Source of the DNA: Deltaproteobacteria bacterium | Lineage (GTDB): Bacteria > Desulfobacterota > Binatia > UBA9968 | Direction of reading: 5' to 3' | NCBI GenBank assembly: GCA_009692615.1 | Contig: SHYW01000007.1 | Coordinates: forward strand, 245 to 64,244 | DNA length: 64,000 nt | Shown: piece after piece, positions 10,221-20,262 of the stretch | How the letters are laid out: the number at the start of each line of letters is the position of its first letter | Numbering within the stretch: position 1 is the stretch's first letter | Program-made: the position numbers and the translations under genes | Notes under the pieces: generated by a model | Databases searched by the model: none | What the model was told of the DNA's origin: nothing | What the model saw: the letters and a program-made list of their open reading frames with translations, nothing else

Positions 10221-10904
10221 ATGGTACTGAAACACATTGAGCTACGCCAAGCGGTCATCGATAGCGCCAATTTTCTGGTCCGCATCGGCGCGATCTCGAT
10301 GAGCCATCATGGCAATTTTAGCGTGCGCGTGCCCGGCACCGAGACGATTTTGCTTACCGCTTCCAGTTCATTCGATAATCTCAAACCAGAAAATCTCGCC
10401 TTGCTCGATCTCGACGGCAAACTGATCGAAGGCGAGATCAACCCGACCAACGCGGAAATCGTCCACATGCACGCCATCGTCTACAAACAGCGGCCGGAAA
10501 CCGGCGCGGTGGTGCACACCCATTCGACCTACGCCACCAGCTTCGCCATCGCCAGCCGCGCGCTCGGCTGCTCCTACGAAGCGCTGGTGCGCAACGACAT
10601 GGCGGCCGGCGTGCCGCTTGCTAAATACGGCCCGCGCGGTTCGAAGGAATCGGTCGCGAATATCGCCGACGCCTTGAGCGCCAGCAAAAACACTAAAGCG
10701 GTGCTGCTGGAAAATCACGGCGTGCTCGCCTTCGGCGCCGATCCCGCCGCCGCGGCGCGCGCCAACTTGATCGTTGAAGAAGCGGCGCAGATGGCGATCT
10801 ACGCCGAAGTCCTCGGCGGCGCCAAGATGATCCCGCCGGAAATGTTAAAAGCTACGGTCGGCCGGCGCGACGAATTCGCCCGCGCCGGCGTCAAAAAAGC
10901 ATGA
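10221..10904 (+). CDS. class II aldolase/adducin family protein (paralog)
   Basis: 227 aa, same family (AVVHTHSTY...ENHGVLAFG); tandem with 9468 ORF. Confidence 0.7.
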   Translation: MVLKHIELRQAVIDSANFLVRIGAISMSHHGNFSVRVPGTETILLTASSSFDNLKPENLALLDLDGKLIEGEINPTNAEIVHMHAIVYKQRPETGAVVHTHSTYATSFAIASRALGCSYEALVRNDMAAGVPLAKYGPRGSKESVANIADALSASKNTKAVLLENHGVLAFGADPAAAARANLIVEEAAQMAIYAEVLGGAKMIPPEMLKATVGRRDEFARAGVKKA

Positions 10905-10984
10905 CGCAGGGGCAACCCGCCGGTCGCCCAAATCGATATCAGCAGAACATCACGATTAGGAAATTCGAAAGGAAGAAAGAAAAA

Positions 10985-11848
10985 ATGGAAATGACCGCAG
11001 GTGAAAAACGCAAAGCATTGAAGGCGATGATGCAGCAATCGGTCTGTCATCTGGCGCCCAGTTGTAACGATGGAATTCAAGCGCGCTTAGTCGAATGGCT
11101 CGGCTTCCCGCTCGTACATATCTCCGGCAGCGGCCAACACCGCTCGCTCGGCTTCGCCGACGCCGGCCTGCTGACGCTCACGGAAATGATCAACAAAGCG
11201 CGCGACATCGTCGACGCGGTGAACATCCCCGTGGTCAGCGACGCCGAGACCGGCTATGGCAACGCGGTCAACGTCTATCGCTCGGTCAGAGAATTCGACC
11301 GCGCCGGCGTCGCCGCGATTCACATCGAAGATCAGCTGACGCCCAAACGCGCCGGCCACGAAGGCTTCGATGTCGGTTTGATTTCCAGGCAGGAATTCGT
11401 CGCTAAGATCAAAGCCGCCGTCGACGCGCGGCGCGATGAGAATCTAATCATCATCGCGCGCTCGGAAGCCAAGGACTCGCTGCAAGAAAGACTCGAACGA
11501 ACTCAAGCCTGCATCGAAGCCGGCGCCGACGCTTCCTGGGTGAGCGCGCGCACGGAAGAAGAAATTTTGGCCTACGCCAAACTCGACAAGCCATTGGTCG
11601 GCGTCCCACCGCGCGGCGTCATGACCGTGCAACGCTACGGCGAACTGGGCGGCCGGGTCGGCTGCATTCCGACGGTGCTCCAAGTCGCCATGCTGCACGG
11701 CATGCGCCAGTGTTTGGAAGAGTTGAAAAAAAGCGGCACCGAAGCCGCCTATTTCAAAAACACACCAGGCATCGAAGACACTCGCAAGTGGTACGCCAAC
11801 TTGGGCAACGCCGAACTCAAAGAGCTGGAAAAGAAGTACGGCTATTAA
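10985..11848 (+). CDS. isocitrate lyase/PEP mutase superfamily enzyme (methylisocitrate lyase / carboxyvinyl-carboxyphosphonate phosphorylmutase-like)
   Basis: motifs ISGSG...SDAETGYGN...IHIEDQ typical of ICL/PEPM family; start ambiguous (ORF opens at 10901 with ATGA overlap of upstream stop; strong GGAAG RBS precedes Met at 10985). Confidence 0.65.
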   Translation: MEMTAGEKRKALKAMMQQSVCHLAPSCNDGIQARLVEWLGFPLVHISGSGQHRSLGFADAGLLTLTEMINKARDIVDAVNIPVVSDAETGYGNAVNVYRSVREFDRAGVAAIHIEDQLTPKRAGHEGFDVGLISRQEFVAKIKAAVDARRDENLIIIARSEAKDSLQERLERTQACIEAGADASWVSARTEEEILAYAKLDKPLVGVPPRGVMTVQRYGELGGRVGCIPTVLQVAMLHGMRQCLEELKKSGTEAAYFKNTPGIEDTRKWYANLGNAELKELEKKYGY

Positions 11849-11908
11849 CCCGCGAGCCAAAGGCGCTCATTCGCATTGGCGAGAGATTCGAACCGAACTG
11901 GAGAGCAA

Positions 11909-12907
11909 ATGCTGAGAGCAAGAAACGTTGGGCAAATGTTTTTTGCCGCAGCGCTTTCGCTAGGCGTTGCGCAATCGGCGCTGGCCCAATTGACGAAGAT
12001 TAACGTCGGCTACAGCGCCATCAGCGGCGACGCTTTGCCGGCGTGGCTGGCCAAAGACGCCGGCATCTTCGAAAGAAACGGCCTCGACGTTCAGCCGGTG
12101 TTTTTTACCGGCGGCACCACCGCCGTCATGGCATTGGTTTCCGCCGATACACCGATCGCCCAGTTGGCTGGACCGGCGGTGGTGAATTCCGTGATGGCGG
12201 GTTCCGACGCGACGATCATCGCCGGCGGCGTGGTCTCGCTCAACTATTATTTGCAAAGCCGCCCCGATATCAAAACTCCCGAGCAGCTCAAAGGCGGTTC
12301 GGTGGCGGTCAGCCGCTTCGGCTCGTCGTCCGATTTCATCGCCCGCTATGCGCTGACGAAGATCGGTTTGACTCCCGGCAAAGATGTCACCATCGTGCAG
12401 ATCGGCAGCACCACGGCGCGGGTCGACGCCGTCATGGCCGGTCGGGTTCAAGCCACGGTAGTCAATCCACCGGCAAGTATCATCGCATCAAAACGCGGCA
12501 TGAACACGCTCGCCGACCTGCCCAAGCTCGGTCTAGTCTATCAACACACCGCGGCGGCGACCTCGAGAAAGTATATCCGTGAAAATCGCGATGTCGTCCG
12601 GCGCTATGTGAAATCGCAAATCGAAGCGGTGCATCGAATCTATACCGACAAGGAAAGCGCGATCAAAGCCTTGGGCCGATTCATCGGCCGCACGGTCGAG
12701 CGCGATGTCTTGGAAAAAACCTGGGAGAATTTAATCAGTGAAGCGGTATTGCCAAAAAAACAATATCCGTCCATCGAAGGGCTGAAAACCATTCTCGCCA
12801 GCGAGCCTAAAGCGAAGTCGCACAATCCCGAAGACTATTTCGACGCCAGCTTCGTCAAGGAATTGGATCTCAGCGGTTACACTGACAGCCTCTACAAGAA
12901 ACGCTAG
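11909..12907 (+). CDS. NMT1/THI5-like (SsuA/TauA-type) periplasmic substrate-binding protein
   Basis: signal peptide MLRARNVGQMFFAAALSLGVAQSALAQ; family resemblance to other NMT1-like SBPs in window; ORF track extends to 11876. Confidence 0.65.
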   Translation: MLRARNVGQMFFAAALSLGVAQSALAQLTKINVGYSAISGDALPAWLAKDAGIFERNGLDVQPVFFTGGTTAVMALVSADTPIAQLAGPAVVNSVMAGSDATIIAGGVVSLNYYLQSRPDIKTPEQLKGGSVAVSRFGSSSDFIARYALTKIGLTPGKDVTIVQIGSTTARVDAVMAGRVQATVVNPPASIIASKRGMNTLADLPKLGLVYQHTAAATSRKYIRENRDVVRRYVKSQIEAVHRIYTDKESAIKALGRFIGRTVERDVLEKTWENLISEAVLPKKQYPSIEGLKTILASEPKAKSHNPEDYFDASFVKELDLSGYTDSLYKKR

Positions 12908-12941
12908 TTAAAATTCGCGCAATGCCGGGCTAAAGCTTCGA

Positions 12942-14021
12942 ATGAAATTCGCCCACTTCTCCCATGTCTGGAACAAGCCGGGAATGACCGCGGCGCAGCG
13001 CTACGAACAATTGTGGCGCGAGCTCGGCGTCTGCGATGAGCTGGGCTTCGACTTCGGATTCTGCGTCGAGCATCACTTCAACCCGCGCGAAAGCTGGATG
13101 CCGTCGCCGTCAATCTACAGCGCCGCGGCGGCGATGCGCACCAAACAATTGCGCATTGGCACCATGGGCTATATCGCGCCGCTCTACGATCCGCTACGCA
13201 TCGCCGAAGATGCCGCGGTGTTAGATAACGTACTCAACGGCCGCTTGGAGCTTGGATTGGTATCGGGCATCGTGCCGGACTTCTTCGGACCGTACAACGC
13301 CGATTTTCAAAATCGCCGGGCCAACACCCATGAAGCGTTGGCGATCATAAAAAAAGCGCTGTCCAGCGACGGTGCCTTCAGCTTCACCGGCGAATCGCGC
13401 CAGTATCAAAACGTCACGCTCGGCGTCAAGCCGCTGCAAAAGCCCCATCCGCCGATCTGGATTCATTCCCGCGATCCCGAAACGCTAGCGTTGCTCGCCC
13501 GCGAGGGCGTTCACACCGGTTATTTATTTCTCGTGCCGCGCGCCGATGTCGCGCCGCGCTACCGTGAGTACTTGCGCTTGTGGAATGAAGCCAATCACCC
13601 GCAGAAGCCGAATATCGGTTATTGGATCTTAGTCTACGTCGACGAAACCGATGCCAAAGCCGTGGCCAAAGCGAAACCGTTGTTCGAATACTGCTTCACA
13701 AATGTTTTCGGCACGAGAGCGGAGGGCGGCGTCGGCTACCAGCGGCTAGCGGAAAATCACGCCAAGCGCGGCGATCCCGGCGGCGCCGAAATCGCGCTGC
13801 ACGCCATCGACGTCGACTATCTGCTTGAGCGCAATCTCGCCTTTGTCGGCTCGCCGAAAACGGTCATCGAACAAATCAAGCAAGCCGCCAGCGAAGGGGT
13901 TTTTAATACCGTGATGGCCGAGTTCAACATCGGCGCCATCGCCGAGGACGACCTCATGCGCTCGATTAAACTATTCGGCAAAGAAGTGCTGCCGGCGCTG
14001 CGCGGCTTCGAGCCGTACTAA
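12942..14021 (+). CDS. LLM-class (luciferase-like) flavin-dependent oxidoreductase
   Basis: 359 aa; MKFAHFSHVW..., HHFNP and PPIWI motifs typical of luciferase-like monooxygenases; paralogs at 27031 and 59771. Confidence 0.75.
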   Translation: MKFAHFSHVWNKPGMTAAQRYEQLWRELGVCDELGFDFGFCVEHHFNPRESWMPSPSIYSAAAAMRTKQLRIGTMGYIAPLYDPLRIAEDAAVLDNVLNGRLELGLVSGIVPDFFGPYNADFQNRRANTHEALAIIKKALSSDGAFSFTGESRQYQNVTLGVKPLQKPHPPIWIHSRDPETLALLAREGVHTGYLFLVPRADVAPRYREYLRLWNEANHPQKPNIGYWILVYVDETDAKAVAKAKPLFEYCFTNVFGTRAEGGVGYQRLAENHAKRGDPGGAEIALHAIDVDYLLERNLAFVGSPKTVIEQIKQAASEGVFNTVMAEFNIGAIAEDDLMRSIKLFGKEVLPALRGFEPY

Positions 14022-14033
14022 ATAGACTATGAT

Positions 14034-14112
14034 TCACCACGAAGGCACGAAGGACACGAAGGTTTCGGACAAAAATATTCCGAACTTCGCGATCTTCGTG
14101 CCTTCGTGGTGA
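14034..14112. repeat. archetypal palindromic intergenic element: TTCACCACGAAGGCACGAAGGACACGAAGG - tttcggacaaaaatattccgaa - CTTCGCGATCTTCGTGCCTTCGTGGTGAA
   Basis: three tandem CACGAAGG words mirrored by three CTTCGTG words; immediately follows LLM gene stop. Confidence 0.75.
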
Positions 14113-14163
14113 ATGGTCTTTAACAACGCGCACAGTCAAAACAATCTAAAACGAGAAAGTCGC

Positions 14164-15153
14164 ATGAATGGCAGATCATTCTTATCCCGCTGGGCACCCA
14201 TGCTCATCATCGCCATCGCTTCAGCCGTCACACCGAGCCACGCGCAAGAACCCAGAGCCAAGATTCGCATCTCCAACTCAGCACTCAGCGTCACATCGTT
14301 GGCGCTATTGGCGGCGCGCGAGTGGAAACTGTTTCAGGAACGCGGTCTGGATGTCGAAATTATTCTCATGTCGCCGGCGATTACCGTGCCGGCGATGATT
14401 TCCGGCGAGATCGATTATTTTGCCGGCGTCGGACCGGGCGTGGTCAGCGCTAGTCTCGGCGGCTTGCCATTTCGCGCCGTCTGGGTTTCTTCCGATCGCG
14501 TTTCCTACTCGTTGGTCGCCCATCCGAAGTTCAAAACCTTACAGGATCTCAAAGGCAAAAAGATCGGCGTCATCGGCAGTTTGGGCGCGGCCAATCACGT
14601 CTCCTTGGTGATCGCCTTGGAAAAACTCGGCATCGCGCCGAAGGAATTCAACATCATGGCCTTACCGCCGCAAGAAATGCTCCGTTCGCTGGAAAGCGGC
14701 TTTCTCGACGCCGCCTCGCTCAATCCGCCGACGCTGTTCATGGCAACCAAGAAAAACTTTCCGATCATTCTCGACATCGGCTCCCTGGTTGAAATGCCCG
14801 GCGGCGGCCTGACAGTGCTCGCCAAAGATATCAAGAACAAATCCGATGAAGTGAAACGGGTGATCCGCGCCATGCAGGGGGCGAAAGAGATCATGCGCAA
14901 ATCGAAAGAAAAAAGCGTCGAGCTGATGACGCGGATTCTAAAAATGGATCCAGAAACCGCCGCCAGCACCCATGAAGTATTTTTGAAAACCCTGAGCCCC
15001 GACGGCGTGCCGACCCGCGCCGGCATGGAAAATCTGGTGAAATCAATCCAAGCCCAAGGCCGCTTCGTCGACAAGAAGCCGGTCTTCGCCGAGTTAGCCG
15101 ACGACCGCCTAGCGAAAGAAGTCGCAAAAGAAATGGGTTACAAAGTGCAGTAG
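14164..15153 (+). CDS. NMT1/THI5-like periplasmic substrate-binding protein
   Basis: signal peptide MNGRSFLSRWAPMLIIAIASAVTPSHAQ; NMT1-like SBP fold length; ORF track extends to 14113. Confidence 0.65.
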   Translation: MNGRSFLSRWAPMLIIAIASAVTPSHAQEPRAKIRISNSALSVTSLALLAAREWKLFQERGLDVEIILMSPAITVPAMISGEIDYFAGVGPGVVSASLGGLPFRAVWVSSDRVSYSLVAHPKFKTLQDLKGKKIGVIGSLGAANHVSLVIALEKLGIAPKEFNIMALPPQEMLRSLESGFLDAASLNPPTLFMATKKNFPIILDIGSLVEMPGGGLTVLAKDIKNKSDEVKRVIRAMQGAKEIMRKSKEKSVELMTRILKMDPETAASTHEVFLKTLSPDGVPTRAGMENLVKSIQAQGRFVDKKPVFAELADDRLAKEVAKEMGYKVQ

Positions 15154-15160
15154 CGCGATT

Positions 15161-15265
15161 GGCGGGTTTCAAACCCGCCCCTACCAATCGTATTCTTTTT
15201 TGTGAACTTTGCGTTCTTTGCGGCCAATCACTCGGGTTCCGAATCCTGGCGCGATAAATCGCGCC
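15161..15265. repeat. composite element: hairpin GGCGGGTTTCAAACCCGCC + TTTTTTGTGAACTTTGCGTTCTTTGCGGCCAATCACTCGGGTTCCGAATC + hairpin GGCGCGATAAATCGCGCC
   Basis: identical GGCGGGTTTCAAACCCGCC hairpin recurs at 57291; TGCGTTCTTTGCGGCCAA...CCGAATC module recurs at 22130, 26895, 57335; lies between convergent genes (likely also terminator). Confidence 0.65.
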
Positions 15266-15266
15266 C

Positions 15267-16256
15267 TTATTCTGCTTCTTCGCGATACAGTCCCAGCGCC
15301 TCCGTCGACGGCCGGTCGCTGATCGAAAACAGGATCGCGTCTTCGTTGGTCGTGTTCTCGTGCGAGTGCCACTGCCAGGACGGCACGACGAAGATATCGC
15401 TCTGGCCCCAGTGGAACTCATTGGCTGACACTTTGGTCATGCCCTTGCCGCGGAAGGAATAGTACACCGTCGTGCTGGTATGGCGGTGCGACTTGGTTTT
15501 TTCCTTGGGGCGCAAGAGTTGAATCGAACAGGAACAAGTCGGCAGCGTATGGCCGCCGTCCAAGGGATTGGTATATTCAAGAATAATTCCGTCGTAGGGA
15601 TCGCCGGCGCTGTCTTTTAGACCTTGCAGCGTCGCGTTGGTTTCCGTCCAAGGATAGCGATAGGGCGGCGCCTGAAAAGAATTCTTGATCCAGCTCGGCC
15701 GCGCGTGGGCGAACACCTTCGACGAATAACTCTCCGGTTTCTCCACCGGCTGCTGCTGGGCTTTGAAATTTTCTTGGATCATGGCGCCGAAGTGGGTCAC
15801 TAGCCGCACATCCAAACCATCGAGCCACATCACCGGTTCGGTCGACTCGTTGAAGTGATCGTGCCAGGTCCAGTTGGGCGTCGTGATAAAGTCGCCCTCG
15901 AACATCTGGAAACGCTCGCCTTCGACGATGGTGTAAGCGTTGGGCGTGCCTTTGACGATGAAGCGGATCGCCGCCGCGGTGTGGCGGTGCGCCGCGGCGA
16001 TTTCGCCGGGCTTCACCAATTGCACGGAGATATGCACCGTGTTGGTCATGCCCGTGGACAGACCTGGATTGCGCATCTGAATCGTTCTGCGCCCAGCTTC
16101 GCCCGTGGTGATCAGCTCGCCGGACCAGTTGAGCGCCTGCATGATTTCCTCGCCCTTCCATAAATGGGGCTTCACCGTCTGCGACCACTCCGAGTGTTCC
16201 CAATGGCCTTTGAGGTTTCGATCTTTCATCCACTGGCTGAGTTCTTGTAAATCCAT
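15267..16256 (-). CDS. bicupin dioxygenase (gentisate 1,2-dioxygenase-like)
   Basis: 329 aa with two cupin barrels; His-rich metal motifs (AHRHTAAAIRF...WTWHDH; HRHTSTTVYY...WQWHSHEN); size and organisation of gentisate/1-hydroxy-2-naphthoate dioxygenases. Confidence 0.55.
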   Translation of the reverse strand: MDLQELSQWMKDRNLKGHWEHSEWSQTVKPHLWKGEEIMQALNWSGELITTGEAGRRTIQMRNPGLSTGMTNTVHISVQLVKPGEIAAAHRHTAAAIRFIVKGTPNAYTIVEGERFQMFEGDFITTPNWTWHDHFNESTEPVMWLDGLDVRLVTHFGAMIQENFKAQQQPVEKPESYSSKVFAHARPSWIKNSFQAPPYRYPWTETNATLQGLKDSAGDPYDGIILEYTNPLDGGHTLPTCSCSIQLLRPKEKTKSHRHTSTTVYYSFRGKGMTKVSANEFHWGQSDIFVVPSWQWHSHENTTNEDAILFSISDRPSTEALGLYREEAE

Positions 16257-16354
16257 GTTGTCCTCCTAAGAGAAGCTGGATATGAATGTTCCTTACAAAC
16301 GACGCGCCAAGCTGTCAAGCCGTTGCCTGCGACCCTATTATCATATTATAAAAA

Positions 16355-17605
16355 TTGCGAACCGGCTTCGCCGCCATGAAATCAAATCGTATCACCGTTA
16401 CGTTCTTGCTGATCCTCGCGACGTTGTTCTTATCGGCCTGCCTGATCGACCGAATCGGCGGCGCGTTCTCAAAGCAACCGGAAGAACTTGAGCGCAGCGC
16501 ATCGCCGGCGGCGCAAAAACTCATCGACCAAGCTTTTACCGACATCGACTCGAACAAACTCGTCGACTTCCACACCCACGTCATCGCCCTCGGCACGAGC
16601 GCGCGCGACGCTTTCGTCAATGCGAAAATGCAAAGCGGCTTCACTCTCGACCGGCTGAAATTTCTCATCTACACCAGCGCGGCGGATATCAAGAATATAG
16701 ACAACGCCGATCGTGAATATATCGGCCGGCTGGCGCGCTTGGCCCGCGGCGCCAAGCGCCATGGCAAGTACCGCATCCTCGCCTTCGACAAACATTACAA
16801 CGCCGACGGCACGGTCAATCTCGCCAAGACCAACTTCTATGTGCCCAACCAATACGTCGTCGACCTCGCCCGTCAGCATAGCGATATCTTCGAGCCGGTG
16901 ATCTCGGTCCATCCGCACCGTTGGGATGCGCTAGTGGAATTGGAAAAATGGGTCAACGCCGGCGTCAAATATGTCAAATGGCTGCCCAACGCCATGGGCA
17001 TCGACCCGGCGGACAAATCGGCGGAACCGTTCTATCGCAAGATGAAAGAGTACAACATGATCCTGCTGAGCCATGCCGGCGAAGAACAAGCGGTCGAAGC
17101 CGACGCGGATCAAGAACTCGGTAATCCGCTGCGCTTGCGCAAAGCGTTGGATATGGGCGTGCGCGTGATCGTCGCCCACGCCGCCAGTCTCGGCCGTTGC
17201 GCGGATCACGACAACGGCGGCAAGCAAACACAGTGCTTCGATTTATTTCTGCGCCTGATGGACGAGCCCAAGTATGTTGGACGGGTCTTCGGCGAAATCT
17301 CGGCGATGCTGCAATTCAATCGTATGCCTGGGCCGTTCACGACCTTGCTTAAACGCCAAGACCTGCACCCGCGCTTGGTCAACGGCAGCGACTATCCACT
17401 GCCGGCGATCAACGCGCTAATCCGAACGCGGTCACTGGCCAGCGACGGTTTCATCACCAAAGCCGAACGCACAGCACTCAATGAGATCTACGACTACAAT
17501 CCGCTGCTCTTCGATTTCATCTTGAAACGCACCATCCGCCATCCGGAGACCAAACAAAAGCTAGCGCCGTCGGTGTTCATGGAAAACCCGGGACTGGAGA
17601 ATTAG
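16355..17605 (+). CDS. amidohydrolase-like TIM-barrel metal-dependent hydrolase, lipoprotein
   Basis: lipobox (LFLSAC) after signal peptide; DFHTHV metal-binding motif near N-terminus; 416 aa. Confidence 0.5.
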   Translation: MRTGFAAMKSNRITVTFLLILATLFLSACLIDRIGGAFSKQPEELERSASPAAQKLIDQAFTDIDSNKLVDFHTHVIALGTSARDAFVNAKMQSGFTLDRLKFLIYTSAADIKNIDNADREYIGRLARLARGAKRHGKYRILAFDKHYNADGTVNLAKTNFYVPNQYVVDLARQHSDIFEPVISVHPHRWDALVELEKWVNAGVKYVKWLPNAMGIDPADKSAEPFYRKMKEYNMILLSHAGEEQAVEADADQELGNPLRLRKALDMGVRVIVAHAASLGRCADHDNGGKQTQCFDLFLRLMDEPKYVGRVFGEISAMLQFNRMPGPFTTLLKRQDLHPRLVNGSDYPLPAINALIRTRSLASDGFITKAERTALNEIYDYNPLLFDFILKRTIRHPETKQKLAPSVFMENPGLEN

Positions 17606-17649
17606 CAAACAGGGTTCTTACTGTTGCCTATTGCCTGCTGCCTTCCTCG

Positions 17650-18879
<1,230 letters not shown>

Positions 18880-19075
18880 TCCCCGTTCTCCCTTTACGGT
18901 GAAGCACAGAATAACACCATACCTGCCACCGTCACATCTCGTGAAAACTCGCGCAGACATCACTAACATTCGGCTTTAATTCAGCGCGCGAAATCTAAGC
19001 ATCTCCGTTAAACCAACTGGGGTAGGCAGAATGTAACCAGGCCGCAGGTAAACTACTTTGAGCGCCCTGCGGACC

Positions 19076-19118
19076 ACTTGACCCATAACTTGACTTATAC
19101 TTGACTCATAACTTATCC
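19076..19118 (+). promoter_or_regulatory. three tandem ~12-bp direct repeats CTTGACYYATAA (iteron-like) in rtcB-fic divergent intergenic region
   Basis: cttgacccataa / cttgacttata / cttgactcataa then cttatcc, ending 8 nt before the fic GTG start; repeats contain TTGAC -35-like hexamers. Confidence 0.5.
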
Positions 19119-19126
19119 TGCCGGTT

Positions 19127-20131
19127 GTGAGCTACCAACCCCAATTCACCATCACACCGGGCTTGCTCGCTCGGGTTGAGCATATCGCGGCACTGCGGGA
19201 GAACATTTTGGCCACGGCGGTGCAGGTTCCGTGGATTCCGGCGCTGCAAAAGGATACACGGCTGCGCAACGCGCATAGTTCGACCGCCATCGAGGGCAAT
19301 CCGTTAACGCTGGAGCAAGTACGCGCGGTCGAGGAAGGGCGCGAACTGGCGGGTGTCACGGACCGCGCGAAGCGGGAAGTGCTCAATTATTTCGCCGGCC
19401 TACGGTTCATCGAAAAGAACCTGAAGAAATCCCGGCTGACGCACGAAGACCTGTTCAAGCTGCACAAAATCATCGCCGCCGATGTCATGGATCAGGGCAT
19501 GGCAGGATGCTACCGCACGATTGGCGTGCGCGTCGGTCGATTCGTGCCGCCGCCACCCAAAGACGTATCGGGACTGATGTTTGAACTCCTGGAGTGGTGG
19601 AACAAGGAAGCGGGCAAACACTCGTCAATCATATCTTCGGCTATTATCCATCACCGTTTTGAATCCATCCATCCATTTGCCGATGGCAACGGGCGGGTCG
19701 GACGGACACTGGGCCTGTGGGAACTGTTTCGACGCGGATTCGATACCCATCACATTTTTTCGGTGGACGAGTTTTATTGGGAAGACCGTCCGCGTTACTA
19801 CGCTGAGCTCGATGCCGCACGCCAACATGACAGCGACCTGACGAGTTGGCTAGAATATGCCGCGGAAGGACTGCACGTGACCCTGGAAAAAGTTTGGACC
19901 CGTGTGCAACGCTTATCGGCGCAGTCAGGCCGCAAGAAATTAGTGCTGCGACCGAAGCAAGAGCAATTACTGCAAATGTTGCGTGACCAAAAGAGTATGA
20001 CGCCACAGCAGATTTGGGACGGCATCGGAATGTCCAAGCAAGGCGCACTGGATTTGTTGCGCCCGTTGATAATGGCGGGCTTAGTAAAAAGAGTTGGCAC
20101 AAAAAAGTCTGGGCGTTACATCCTAAAGTGA
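19127..20131 (+). CDS. Fic family AMPylator (class II, N-terminal inhibitory helix) with C-terminal winged-helix domain
   Basis: GTG start; canonical FIC motif HPFADGNGRVGR; inhibitory (S/T)xxxE(G/N) motif STAIEGN near N-terminus; C-terminal wHTH-like region (LRDQKSMTPQQIWDGIGMSKQGALDLLRPLIMAGLVKRVG). Confidence 0.85.
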   Translation: MSYQPQFTITPGLLARVEHIAALRENILATAVQVPWIPALQKDTRLRNAHSSTAIEGNPLTLEQVRAVEEGRELAGVTDRAKREVLNYFAGLRFIEKNLKKSRLTHEDLFKLHKIIAADVMDQGMAGCYRTIGVRVGRFVPPPPKDVSGLMFELLEWWNKEAGKHSSIISSAIIHHRFESIHPFADGNGRVGRTLGLWELFRRGFDTHHIFSVDEFYWEDRPRYYAELDAARQHDSDLTSWLEYAAEGLHVTLEKVWTRVQRLSAQSGRKKLVLRPKQEQLLQMLRDQKSMTPQQIWDGIGMSKQGALDLLRPLIMAGLVKRVGTKKSGRYILK

Positions 20132-20198
20132 ACGAATCGTGATCAAGCCAAGGGAGAAACCCAATAAATCAGCGCTTTTCGTCCCCTTCCATTTCTCC

Positions 20199-20227
20199 TT
20201 GACGCCCACCAACTTTGCGCCTATTTT
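20199..20227 (+). promoter_or_regulatory. sigma70-like promoter for ABC transporter operon
   Basis: TTGACG - 17 nt - TATTTT, about 35 nt upstream of 20263 ATG. Confidence 0.45.
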
Positions 20228-20262
20228 AGGCCACCTTTTACTCGTGCGTTTGAAATAGTTAG

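Noticed and set aside
15577-16233. 218-aa ORF overlapping the bicupin gene in another frame
   Set aside because: Arg-rich composition, no domain signatures; bicupin frame has paired metal-binding His motifs
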